From a virus (lineage: Duplodnaviria; Heunggongvirae; Uroviricota; Caudoviricetes): a stretch of DNA of 16,121 nucleotides. Every line of letters starts with the position of its first letter. Position 1 is the first letter of the stretch. Of this stretch, positions 1 to 8,199 are shown in pieces. The stretch is taken from the IMG/VR virus record IMGVR_UViG_2795385955_000003; one strand, given 5' to 3'. Below the pieces are notes generated by a model. It saw only the letters and a program-made list of their open reading frames with translations, searched no databases and was not told where the DNA came from. Position numbers and translations under genes: made by a program.

Positions 1-912
1 TCCCAGATATACGGCATCACAGCGGGATACAACGGGGCAGGCGCACTGGCGGCCGACGTCCGACAGCTGTACCAACGTACGGCCGCCATGGCTGGCACCG
101 GCAGCATGTCAGTAGATGCGCGGATCCGCCTAGACCGTCTGGCACAACTGGCTGGTGCAGGCACGCTGTCGGCGCAACTACTCCAACAGTTCACCCGAAG
201 CGCCACATTCGGCGGCGGGGGCACCTTGGCCGCACAGGTAACGCAGGCGTACGCCCTGGGCGCGGCCCTCGCCGGTGCAGGCACACTGGCAGTCCAGATA
301 GCCCAGAAGTACCAACTAGGTGCGGCATTCGCCGCAACCGGCACCCTCCAATGCGGAGCAGCGTTCCCGGCGATGTCCCCGGTACGCACCGACATCACAA
401 CGACCGGGTCCTACACCTACAACATCCCGTACTGGTGCCGCTACATCGACTATGCCTACCTACCCGGAGGGGGCGGCGGTGGCGGCGCCCAATTTTCCTT
501 CACCCCAGCACAGGGCGGCGACGGCGGCCAATGGGTGTACGGAACCTGGGAACGCGGCGTCGATTTCCCATGGACCGCCACGCAAATCACCGGCTCTATC
601 GGAGTCGGCGGCACGGCAGGCACCGGGGGAGGTAACGGAGGCAACGGCGGCCCCACCACCGGCATCGTCAACGGCTCCACCCTCGTCACCGCACCTGGCG
701 CAACGGGACGCGGCGGCATCGGCACACAGTCCGGCGACCCCGTCGGCGGCGGAAACGCCAACTCCAACCGCGACGTCTCCCTCAACGGCCAGACCTACAC
801 CGGCGGCACAGGCGACGGCGCCGCTCCCGGCTCAGGCGGCAAGGGCGGCGGCGCATTCAGCAACGGCAACGCGGGTGCCCGCGGCGAAGCCCACTTCTAC
901 GCAAGGCAATAG
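1..912 (+). CDS. Minor tail protein, 5'-truncated by the window; N-terminal 20-aa repeats and C-terminal glycine-rich domain
   Basis: Frame 1 is open from base 1 (SQIYGITAGYNGAGALAA...) through the track ORF 88..912. Contains GxGTL repeats and a YTYNIPYWCRYIDY..PGGGGGGG Gly-rich domain typical of actinophage tail proteins; sits upstream of the lysis genes. Confidence 0.8.
   Translation, partial: SQIYGITAGYNGAGALAADVRQLYQRTAAMAGTGSMSVDARIRLDRLAQLAGAGTLSAQLLQQFTRSATFGGGGTLAAQVTQAYALGAALAGAGTLAVQIAQKYQLGAAFAATGTLQCGAAFPAMSPVRTDITTTGSYTYNIPYWCRYIDYAYLPGGGGGGGAQFSFTPAQGGDGGQWVYGTWERGVDFPWTATQITGSIGVGGTAGTGGGNGGNGGPTTGIVNGSTLVTAPGATGRGGIGTQSGDPVGGGNANSNRDVSLNGQTYTGGTGDGAAPGSGGKGGGAFSNGNAGARGEAHFYARQ
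28..348 (+). repeat. Six degenerate 20-aa (60-bp period) protein repeats
   Basis: YNGAGAL, MAGTGSM, LAGAGTL, FGGGGTL, LAGAGTL and FAATGTL start at exact 20-codon intervals (28, 88, 148, 208, 268, 328). Confidence 0.85.
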
Positions 913-920
913 GAGACCAC

Positions 921-1271
921 ATGGCAATTCAAGTACCCCAGACGCGGCAATCACTCGCCGACGCATGGAAAGCTCTAGGCAACTGGTTTGGGTGCGCGAC
1001 CGGCGCGCCCGGCACCTCACAGACACCCTCCAACGAGTCCACCGGCGGCGGCTACGCCCGCGCCCAAACCACCTGGACATCCGGCTCAGGCGGAAACGTG
1101 ACCGGCTCCGCGGTCAGCATCGCAGTCCCGGCATCCACCATCACCCACGCCATCATGGCGTCCGCCGCAGCAGTCGGCGCAGCCAACATGATCGACAACT
1201 GCGCCGTCACCCAAGCCATCTTCTCCACCCCGGGCAACGTGGTTCTCACCCCTTCGCTGGGGATCGCGTGA
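921..1271 (+). CDS. Minor tail/virion protein (116 aa)
   Basis: AGGAG RBS at 911-915, ATG at 921; Ser/Thr/Gly-rich beta-type sequence within the tail module. Confidence 0.7.
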   Translation: MAIQVPQTRQSLADAWKALGNWFGCATGAPGTSQTPSNESTGGGYARAQTTWTSGSGGNVTGSAVSIAVPASTITHAIMASAAAVGAANMIDNCAVTQAIFSTPGNVVLTPSLGIA

Positions 1272-1618
1272 CCGCACCAGCCAAAGCCGACGGAATACTG
1301 CAAGTCGTCGTGTGGCCCGTCTACATCGGGCTGGCGGGTGAAGACGGCCGCGAACCCCTACACCCGGAGTATCGCCGCGGCCAGATCAATTGGCAGCCAA
1401 CCCCCAACGGCACTATCGAGGGCTCGGCAGTCGTCCACACCCCCGCAGGCCGGTACCCGTTCTTCACGTACTGGATGGAGCCGACAGGCGGCGCGCCGGT
1501 GGGAATGTCCCAACCCGAGCACCCTCTGGTATTCGACATCCGAACGGTAGTCGATATCCGGCCCATCAAAAACGGCGACCTATTCGTCACCAACGAAATA
1601 CGGCGCGCTGGACTGTGA
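1268..1618 (+). CDS. Hypothetical phage protein, probably tail-associated (116 aa)
   Basis: GTG at 1268 overlaps the upstream stop (GTGA). This is the real 3' part of track ORF 320..1618 (VTAPAKADGILQVVVWPVYIGL...). Confidence 0.75.
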   Translation: MTAPAKADGILQVVVWPVYIGLAGEDGREPLHPEYRRGQINWQPTPNGTIEGSAVVHTPAGRYPFFTYWMEPTGGAPVGMSQPEHPLVFDIRTVVDIRPIKNGDLFVTNEIRRAGL

Positions 1619-1812
1619 TACGGGAAGTGCTCGCCCTCTGCGACGAGTACGGAACCGACCTCCCCGCCTTCAACGAAGGCCACCCCGAGGACCGGTGTCC
1701 GATCTGCGGACGCCCCGTCGTCGACCACACCATCCGCGGCGGCATCACAGCCAAGTGGCCCCACCGCCGGGCCGTCCTATTCAGCGCCCTCGTTCTCTGG
1801 CGTCTCCCCTAA
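1615..1812 (+). CDS. Small hypothetical protein with CxxC..H motif (65 aa)
   Basis: GTG at 1615 overlaps the upstream stop (GTGA); CPICGRPVVDH motif; 3' part of track ORF 1390..1812. Confidence 0.65.
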   Translation: MIREVLALCDEYGTDLPAFNEGHPEDRCPICGRPVVDHTIRGGITAKWPHRRAVLFSALVLWRLP

Positions 1813-1828
1813 AGCATTGGAGCACAAC

Positions 1829-1963
1829 ATGTTAAGTCAGGGTTCCCATTCCCACGCCCTCGCCATTTTGACCGGAATAGCGACCGGCGCTCTCGTCGGC
1901 ATCGGACTCGGCATCGCCCTGTTCGTATACGAGGCCAAGCACGACATGGAAGCGAGCTACTGA
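1829..1963 (+). CDS. 44-aa single-pass membrane protein (absent from the ORF track)
   Basis: GGAG at 1819-1822, ATG at 1829. MLSQGSHSHALAILTGIATGALVGIGLGIALFVYEAKHDMEASY* has one hydrophobic stretch; the stop ends 1 nt before the lysA ATG. Confidence 0.7.
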   Translation: MLSQGSHSHALAILTGIATGALVGIGLGIALFVYEAKHDMEASY

Positions 1964-1964
1964 C

Positions 1965-3257
1965 ATGTCCTTCACCTGGCTCGCAGACCACCCACTGCGC
2001 ACCCGGGAACAAGTAGCACGTGAAATACATGCCGTCGCACTACAACGCGGCCTAGACGAGCTAGCCACCGTCATCGCCTGCATGACCGTAGCCGTCGAAG
2101 TCGGAGCTGACGACGACGACGGAAACCGCCAATGGTGGTGCCCCGCAAACCAATCAGACTCAGAAACGCTCAACTTCCCGCACGACTCAGAATCCGATGA
2201 CGCGGACTCATCCGGCTACTTCCAACAGCGTCCCCCATGGTGGGGCACACCCGCACAACGCATGACACTCGCCCAGTCCGCCGACCTTTTCCTAAGTCGA
2301 CTGTCCGGCGACTACCACACCGCAGCCGGAAACCCCGCACTGGCAGGGCAATTCGCCCAGCGCGTCCAGGGATCGGCATACCCCGACCGCTACGCGCAGC
2401 ACTGGGACGAGGCATGGGACGTCGTGCGCCGCGCCCTCGCAACCACACCACCCGAAGGAGACAACGTGGGCTACACGGGAGACCCCGTCTGGCTGGAAGA
2501 CGTACTACGCGCAGCACTCGGCGACCGACTGGTCGTCGAGGCAGGCTGGAAAGACCGCGGCACCGGCGGCCAGATGGGCGACATCTGGGGCGTGATGATC
2601 CACCACACGGGCAACGACCGGGAGACCGTCGCAGGCATCCGCGACGGACGCTCCGACCTCGCCGGGCCACTGTCGCAGTGCCTCATCACCCCAGACGGCA
2701 AGTGCCATCTCATTGCCGTCGGCCCCTGCAACCACGCCGGGATCGGCAAGTATCCAGGCATCGCCGCCAACACCGGCAACCAGCGGCTCATCGGCTTCGA
2801 ATGCGCGTGGCCGACCATCCAGCCGGACGGCAGCTTCGACAAAGGACAGCGGTGGCCGGACGCACAGATCATCACCATGCGCGACGCGACGGCCGCCGTC
2901 CTCACCAAGCTCGGCTACGGCGCCGACCGCGTCATCGGCCACAAGGAGTATGCGACCGCCGCGCCAAACGTGAAGTGGGACCCGGGCAACATAGACATGG
3001 GCTGGTTCCGCGGCGAGGTCGCCAAGGACATTGCCGGGTACCAGTTCCCAGGCGAGACACCTGGAGTCCAGCCGCCCGACCCGTCGCCAACCGCGATTCC
3101 CGCGGACTTCGACAAGCAGACCTTCCAGCAGATCAACGGACGCTGGGAGATGCTGGGATGGCAGACGCTCATCGAGGCAGTCGCTGAGATTCGTGACCAC
3201 CTCACCGGGTCGACAGACGTCGGTAAGTCTGGATTCAAGCTCGGGGCGAAGCCGTGA
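1965..3257 (+). CDS. lysA: Endolysin (lysin A): N-terminal lysozyme/transglycosylase-like domain, Amidase_2 domain, C-terminal cell-wall-binding region
   Basis: Amidase Zn-site motifs VMIHHTG, NHAG, IGFEC, GHKE and KWDPG. The N-terminal SSGYFQQ..WG...AQRVQGSAYPDRYA motif is typical of mycobacteriophage lysins. First large gene of the lysis cassette. Confidence 0.92.
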   Translation: MSFTWLADHPLRTREQVAREIHAVALQRGLDELATVIACMTVAVEVGADDDDGNRQWWCPANQSDSETLNFPHDSESDDADSSGYFQQRPPWWGTPAQRMTLAQSADLFLSRLSGDYHTAAGNPALAGQFAQRVQGSAYPDRYAQHWDEAWDVVRRALATTPPEGDNVGYTGDPVWLEDVLRAALGDRLVVEAGWKDRGTGGQMGDIWGVMIHHTGNDRETVAGIRDGRSDLAGPLSQCLITPDGKCHLIAVGPCNHAGIGKYPGIAANTGNQRLIGFECAWPTIQPDGSFDKGQRWPDAQIITMRDATAAVLTKLGYGADRVIGHKEYATAAPNVKWDPGNIDMGWFRGEVAKDIAGYQFPGETPGVQPPDPSPTAIPADFDKQTFQQINGRWEMLGWQTLIEAVAEIRDHLTGSTDVGKSGFKLGAKP

Positions 3258-4420
3258 ACGGCCCCGACGGCAATTGGATCGGGTACGGCCCCGGCGACGT
3301 TAGCCCAGAGGTAACCAACATCGAGCGACGGCTCCTGCGCGCCTACCCGAAGAACAGCCACGCAGCGGAGCACGGCGTGATGCTCGACGACCGCTACACG
3401 GACGGCACCGCGGCGGCCGTGCAGGACATCACCCGCTTCATGAACAACGACCCTGTGGAAGTGGAGCGGTTGCGCCGCCTGGATATCACCACGCCCCTGC
3501 GCGACGACGGCGTCGCCAACCTGGCGGTACGAAAGGCCATCGGCGCCTACGTCGCGCCGGTCCACCAGTCCAAGTACCCGATCCAGGGAGTCTGGGCAGA
3601 CTCGCGGGCCTTCCTCAACCCACCCGACGCGCACAGCTTCAACAAGGCCACCGACCAGTTCCGTGACGAGTTCATGCGCCTGTACCGGCCCATGGCGGGC
3701 GCCAACATCTGGCTCCTCGGCTACTCCATGGGCGGCGTCTCGGTGCAGAAGTGCCTCACTGCGCTGCCGCCGGAGTGGCGCCAGTTCGTGCTCGGCGTCA
3801 CCACCTTCGGCGACCCATCCATTCCCGCCGAGGGAAGCCTGCTCGGAAACGACCCGGGCGAGGGCATCTCGAAACTGCCGCAACCGCAATGGGTACGGGA
3901 CCGCTACTGGTCGTACTCCATCGACGGCGACTGGTACCCGCGCGCCCGCGGCCTGCTGTTCCCGCTGTACCAGGTCCTCACCCGCGCCGAGCTGACCCTG
4001 GACTTCGCCATCTACCTGTTCACAAAGTTCCCGCAACAGGCATTCCAGGAACTACTCGGCCTCGCGCCAAGTGACGACCCCCTGCACGGCGCGCTGTCCG
4101 GCCTCGCCGGACTCATGACAACCGGCCCGGCAGGGACCATCGGCCAGCTGCTCAACCCCGTGCAGCTGCTGTCCCTGCTACCGGACCTGGTGTACCTACT
4201 GTTCGACGCCATCAAGTTCATCGCCACCAACGCACACGGAAAGTACGGGGACCCGGCATATGCGCTGTGGGACGGCATGACTGCCGTCGACCACGCCGCC
4301 GCCAACATCCGCCGCGTGGCCCCGAAAGGCTGCACCCTCGTCCTGCTCCCGGGCACATGGTCCAACTGGGACCAGCTATTCCAATTCGACGTCGCTGCCC
4401 AGCTCCAAACTCCCGCCTAA
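3254..4420 (+). CDS. lysB: Lysin B (mycolylarabinogalactan esterase, cutinase-like alpha/beta hydrolase) with N-terminal peptidoglycan-binding-like region
   Basis: GYSMGG nucleophile elbow (GxSxG), FGDP, DGDWY and AHGKY motifs; N-terminal GDVSPEV...DGVAN..VRKAIG region; GTGA overlap with lysA. Confidence 0.9.
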   Translation: MNGPDGNWIGYGPGDVSPEVTNIERRLLRAYPKNSHAAEHGVMLDDRYTDGTAAAVQDITRFMNNDPVEVERLRRLDITTPLRDDGVANLAVRKAIGAYVAPVHQSKYPIQGVWADSRAFLNPPDAHSFNKATDQFRDEFMRLYRPMAGANIWLLGYSMGGVSVQKCLTALPPEWRQFVLGVTTFGDPSIPAEGSLLGNDPGEGISKLPQPQWVRDRYWSYSIDGDWYPRARGLLFPLYQVLTRAELTLDFAIYLFTKFPQQAFQELLGLAPSDDPLHGALSGLAGLMTTGPAGTIGQLLNPVQLLSLLPDLVYLLFDAIKFIATNAHGKYGDPAYALWDGMTAVDHAAANIRRVAPKGCTLVLLPGTWSNWDQLFQFDVAAQLQTPA

Positions 4421-4473
4421 TCGGCGGGCCTGTCCAGCAACTGTGTAAATGCAACTGTTGAAAGGGATTTGAC

Positions 4474-4851
4474 ATGAAGGACACCTCACTGTTGGGCATC
4501 AAGACGTGGAGTGATCTCCGCGCCTTCATACACACCGCAATACCCGGGCTGGCCGTCTTCCTGGTCACCATGGGGATTCTGACGGCCACCAAAGCGAATC
4601 TGGTTGCGGCACTGCTGCTTGCGGTGTTCGACTCGACCCTGTCGCACATCAACACCGCCGATGGCTTCCGGCGCTGGGTGTATCCCGTCCTCGGCACCGG
4701 TGCCACCCTCCTCATCGGGTGGGGCATCTTCACTCAGGACCAGATCGCGCCCTGGCTTGCGCTCATCCCAATTCTGTTGGGGGGCGGGCTCGCAGCGGCC
4801 AACACCAACACTACGCCCAGCATCGTTCCGACGAGCGGCCCGGCTGAGTGA
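4474..4851 (+). CDS. Holin (about 4 TM segments, two similar halves)
   Basis: Hydrophobic 125 aa after lysB; RRWVYPVL..LLIGWGI and terminal GLAAANT resemble actinophage holins; AAAGGGA RBS upstream. Confidence 0.8.
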   Translation: MKDTSLLGIKTWSDLRAFIHTAIPGLAVFLVTMGILTATKANLVAALLLAVFDSTLSHINTADGFRRWVYPVLGTGATLLIGWGIFTQDQIAPWLALIPILLGGGLAAANTNTTPSIVPTSGPAE

Positions 4852-5258
4852 GCGGGGGAGTGGGCGCTGACTCCTGGATGGACCTAGCCGCCCTGACCAT
4901 CGCGGCCGTCGGCGGCTGGGGCACCGCGTACATCACCTCGCACTTCTCCAGCCGCAAGCACGTGACCGCCGTCAACAAAAGCGTCGACGCGGTCGAGGCG
5001 AAGTTGGCAGGAGTGGAGGAGCAGGTAGTGAACTCGCACGAGACCAACCTGCGCGACGACGTGGACCGCGCAGTCCGCGGCGTCGAGTATCTGGTCGACA
5101 GATTCGCCGATGCCATGCGCGACCTGCGCGGTATCCGCGAGGAGATGTCCGACCTGCGCAAGGAAGTTGGCGGCCTGCACGGCGACGTTCGCGAGCAGAA
5201 CCGCAGACACACCGCCCTGTACGACCGGGTGACTGATCTGGAGGACCGCCGCCCCTAG
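4848..5258 (+). CDS. Membrane-anchored coiled-coil lysis-cassette protein (DUF2746-like)
   Basis: One N-terminal TM segment, HETNLRDDVD motif, then heptad coiled coil; GTGA overlap with the holin. Confidence 0.72.
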   Translation: MSGGVGADSWMDLAALTIAAVGGWGTAYITSHFSSRKHVTAVNKSVDAVEAKLAGVEEQVVNSHETNLRDDVDRAVRGVEYLVDRFADAMRDLRGIREEMSDLRKEVGGLHGDVREQNRRHTALYDRVTDLEDRRP

Positions 5259-5273
5259 ACCCACGCGATAGCT

Positions 5274-5309
5274 GGAAAACGCCCCGGCCTTCGGGCCGGG
5301 GCGTTTTCC
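5274..5309. terminator. Bidirectional intrinsic terminator ending the late operon
   Basis: Perfect 16-bp stem GGAAAACGCCCCGGCC / GGCCGGGGCGTTTTCC around a C(UUCG)G tetraloop, 15 nt after the last lysis gene. Confidence 0.92.
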
Positions 5310-5336
5310 CGTACCAGCCGGTTGCCTCCACGCATC

Positions 5337-5353
5337 GTATAGCGCGCTATACT
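5337..5353 (+). promoter_or_regulatory. Palindromic operator copy 1 overlapping the -10 (TATACT) of the HTH gene
   Basis: GTATAGCGCGCTATAC is a perfect 16-bp palindrome (5337-5352). TATACT at 5348-5353 lies 6 nt before ATG 5360. Confidence 0.8.
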
Positions 5354-5359
5354 GCGGGC

Positions 5360-5581
5360 ATGGGTGCAACGTCGGATGCGCAGGAGGCAGCCCGGTTGGC
5401 TGTCCGACGTCTGGCACGTCGCCGTCACCGCCACGAGACAACGCGCAAGCGCCTCGATGCTGAGTTTTACGCGGCGATAAAGGCAGCCCGGGACCTGGGC
5501 GTCGGTGCAACGGCGCTGGCCCGCGATGCCGAAGTGACACGCGACGGCATATACAAGATTTGCCAGACTTCCTCCGATTAG
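5360..5581 (+). CDS. Small helix-turn-helix DNA-binding protein (73 aa), probably leaderless
   Basis: Basic N-terminal helix, then ATALARDA-EVT-RDGIYKI HTH pattern; no SD, -10 hexamer 6 nt upstream. Confidence 0.8.
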   Translation: MGATSDAQEAARLAVRRLARRRHRHETTRKRLDAEFYAAIKAARDLGVGATALARDAEVTRDGIYKICQTSSD

Positions 5582-5603
5582 CTGTCCTTCTGCTGACTTC
5601 CAT

Positions 5604-5626
5604 AGTGCACGGTGTTACCGTGCACT
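5604..5626. promoter_or_regulatory. Perfect inverted repeat upstream of the ESX cassette (operator or hairpin)
   Basis: AGTGCACGGT-GTT-ACCGTGCACT, 10-bp arms, in the gap between the HTH stop (5581) and ATG 5666. Confidence 0.55.
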
Positions 5627-5665
5627 CAATGGCATAGCGGAGTACTTCAGATTAGGGCGGGGCCG

Positions 5666-5977
5666 ATGTCCGACGACAAACTCAAAATTGATCTGGAGGC
5701 GCTGGACAAGCTGTCCCCGGAGCTGGGCGATATTGCTAAGCGGGTGAACGCTAAGGCAGCCAGCCCGGCGAAGATCGCAGCTGGGGAGGCGCCGTCGTTG
5801 GTGGCGGTGCGTGAACTGGTTACCCAGGCGATTCCGGGTTTGCAGCGGGCGTTCGCGGGTCGCTGTTCCAACGTCGCGGACCTGTCGGTACAGACCAAGA
5901 ATGGGTTCGGGGACACCGAGGAACACGTGACACGGCTGATCGCCTCGGTGACCGGGCTATCGCGGGGTGATCGGTAA
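5666..5977 (+). CDS. WXG100-like / type VII secretion target protein (103 aa)
   Basis: ATG at 5666 (MSDDKLKIDLEALDKLSPEL...). About 100 aa, helical, with an FxxxE (FGDTE) variant of the C-terminal YxxxD/E ESX secretion signal; coupled (TAATG) to a WxG protein. No WxG motif of its own. Confidence 0.7.
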   Translation: MSDDKLKIDLEALDKLSPELGDIAKRVNAKAASPAKIAAGEAPSLVAVRELVTQAIPGLQRAFAGRCSNVADLSVQTKNGFGDTEEHVTRLIASVTGLSRGDR

Positions 5978-8199
5978 TGGCCGGGTACTCGCTGCGGCTG
6001 CTGCTGTCCACCAAGCCGGAGAACGCCATCGAAGGTATGCGCCAAGCGATCCTGGCCGCCACCGAATTGCAGGCCGAGGCCAAGTCCTACAAGCACGCCA
6101 TCGACCGGCCCGGCGGGCAGGAATGGCAGGGCAAGGCCGCCACCGCCGCCCAGGACACCGCAGCCGCCGACGAGAAGGTGGTCTACGGGGCCACCGAGCA
6201 CGTCCGCGATGAAGGCAACGAGGCGTTGAATACGTTGGCGTTCAAGGTCAAAGAGAGCCACAGCAAGCCAGTTCAGATCTACAACGATATGACCAGCCAC
6301 GGCTACACGGTCTCCGAAGACCTCAAAGTGGACTGGATCGTGCCGCCCCGCGCCACCCCCGAACTCATCGCGCAGGGCAAGAAAGTCGCCGAACGCGTCA
6401 CCCGCGAGATCCGCGCCGCCTATGACACATGGTGGGCCGCCGAAGAAGAAGCCCAAGCGGAAATCCGGGCCATCATCAGCGAGCTGAACACCTCCTACAA
6501 CCCCATCGGCGGTCTGACGGCCAACGCCGGACACCTCGATGGCGCCTACTTGCAAGGCGGCACCCAGTGGGACAAAGACGTTTTGGGCCGGGTGCAGGCC
6601 GCATCCACGCTGGATGCTCAGCAGCTCCAAGACCTCGCGGCTGGCAAAAAAGTCGATATCGGGTCGAACCGGATGCAGTACCTGTACCAGTTCGCGCACT
6701 CCTTCGACGGCAAGTCCCCCGCCGAGATAGCCGCCATCAAAGACGGCTTACCGCCCGCCCAACGCGACGCCATGACCCGCGCCCTCGCGATAGTCGCCAA
6801 CGACCAGGTCCGCTCCGGGGTGGAGAACACCAGCGGTGTCACCGAGGCCACCAAGAAGAACTTCATCCCCGGCGCTGGATCACTGGCCAACCTGTCCGAT
6901 GGCATGGCCGCCGAGATGACCCGTGGTGATCGGGTCGCTAGTGGCCCGCTCGGTGTTGGACCCGCCGCCGACAAGGCCGGGTTGCCGAACATCGAACTGC
7001 GCGGCGTTGACGACATGCAAGCGATGGCCAAGATCTTCGACGGCGCTGGCCCCTACCTCAACGGCTCCGAAGCCGGAAAGGCGATGCTGGATGCGGCCAG
7101 CCAGTACTCCAACGCTGACATCGACAGCCACTCGGCCGACAAACCCACCCACCTGACCTCCGATGCCCATGGCCCGCTGACTAACGCCCTAGCCGACATC
7201 TATAAGAGCGGGGCGCAAGATCAGGTGGGGGTGCACGAGATCGTCACCGGTGAGCCCACCGAGGGTGAGAAGTTCCTCCGCGGTGTGCTGGGTGAGAACT
7301 ACGGGGATCAGTCCGGCAAGGTCGATGACACCCTGGCCTGGGCTGGCGATCACTCCCAGAAGGGGGCCGAGGTCGCCAACCAGGTGGGTCACTACATGGC
7401 CGAGCACAAAGACGAATTGCAGCACATGGCCGGGGGCGGCAACTTCGCCCAGAACAACCCCGAAATGGCCGGAACCACAGCCAAAGTCGAGGGTGAGTAC
7501 CTGAGCCAGTTCGCCGATTCGGACCCCACCCATCGGCAAGACCCCGGCATCAAGCCGTTCACCAAGGCCGACGAGATGCGGGACATGATCTCCACCTTCG
7601 ACAAGGGCCAATACTCCGGCGACATCATCAACGAAGCCGGACATCAACAGCACCAGCAGCTCCTCAACGACGCCGCCCGCACCGGCTCGGACCTAGATCT
7701 CAACGCCGCCGGGCGACTCTCTCAGGGCCTGGCCGATGGGGCACTGGACTCGGTCGCTGACAAACCCGCCGACGAAGGCATGGAAGCTGCCAAGAAACTA
7801 CTGGGCAAGCTGCCCCACGTGGGCGATGCCATCGAAGTCCTTGACACCGCACAAAAACACATCGACGATGCGTCGAAACTACCCGAGGGCTTCGCCCAAA
7901 ACCTTGCCCAGTCAGGCAGTTTCGGCAACATTCAGGCATACCAAACCAGTGTCCTCGATGCCCTTCTGCAAGCGCACCCCGGCATTGCCAACGACCCCGA
8001 CATCGGCAAGTACATCAATAACGGACACCTCGACATCTCCTCCCTAGATGAGCAGGGCGTACGCCAGGCGAAGTCTGATCTGTCGAACTGGTTCCAGCAC
8101 ACCGCCCCACGGGATTACAACTTCAACATGGAGCACTGGAACGACCAACAGGACATGGGACGCCGATACCGCGACTGGGGACCAGGGACTAGCAAGTGA
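5977..8199 (+). CDS. ESX-secreted polymorphic-toxin-like protein (740 aa): N-terminal WXG100-like domain, long helical body, unrecognised C-terminal domain
   Basis: WQG at residues 50-52 within a helix-hairpin N-terminus; lies between a WXG100-like gene and a coupled lipoprotein gene. No catalytic toxin motif recognised by eye. Confidence 0.72.
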   Translation: MAGYSLRLLLSTKPENAIEGMRQAILAATELQAEAKSYKHAIDRPGGQEWQGKAATAAQDTAAADEKVVYGATEHVRDEGNEALNTLAFKVKESHSKPVQIYNDMTSHGYTVSEDLKVDWIVPPRATPELIAQGKKVAERVTREIRAAYDTWWAAEEEAQAEIRAIISELNTSYNPIGGLTANAGHLDGAYLQGGTQWDKDVLGRVQAASTLDAQQLQDLAAGKKVDIGSNRMQYLYQFAHSFDGKSPAEIAAIKDGLPPAQRDAMTRALAIVANDQVRSGVENTSGVTEATKKNFIPGAGSLANLSDGMAAEMTRGDRVASGPLGVGPAADKAGLPNIELRGVDDMQAMAKIFDGAGPYLNGSEAGKAMLDAASQYSNADIDSHSADKPTHLTSDAHGPLTNALADIYKSGAQDQVGVHEIVTGEPTEGEKFLRGVLGENYGDQSGKVDDTLAWAGDHSQKGAEVANQVGHYMAEHKDELQHMAGGGNFAQNNPEMAGTTAKVEGEYLSQFADSDPTHRQDPGIKPFTKADEMRDMISTFDKGQYSGDIINEAGHQQHQQLLNDAARTGSDLDLNAAGRLSQGLADGALDSVADKPADEGMEAAKKLLGKLPHVGDAIEVLDTAQKHIDDASKLPEGFAQNLAQSGSFGNIQAYQTSVLDALLQAHPGIANDPDIGKYINNGHLDISSLDEQGVRQAKSDLSNWFQHTAPRDYNFNMEHWNDQQDMGRRYRDWGPGTSK

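Noticed and set aside
466-486. G-rich run as a slippage or phase-variation tract
   Set aside because: It encodes the poly-Gly motif with mixed codons; the longest homopolymer is only 5 G.
320-1267. 5' two-thirds of the 432-aa track ORF 320..1618
   Set aside because: Pro/Ala/Arg-rich off-frame shadow of two real tail genes; only the part from GTG 1268 looks protein-like.
2915-4036. 373-aa minus-strand ORF
   Set aside because: Antisense shadow of lysA/lysB, expected in high-GC DNA; no motif or RBS.
5647-6699. 350-aa minus-strand ORF (possible antisense gene in the ESX cassette)
   Set aside because: Codon-register mirror of the WXG/effector genes; no independent evidence.
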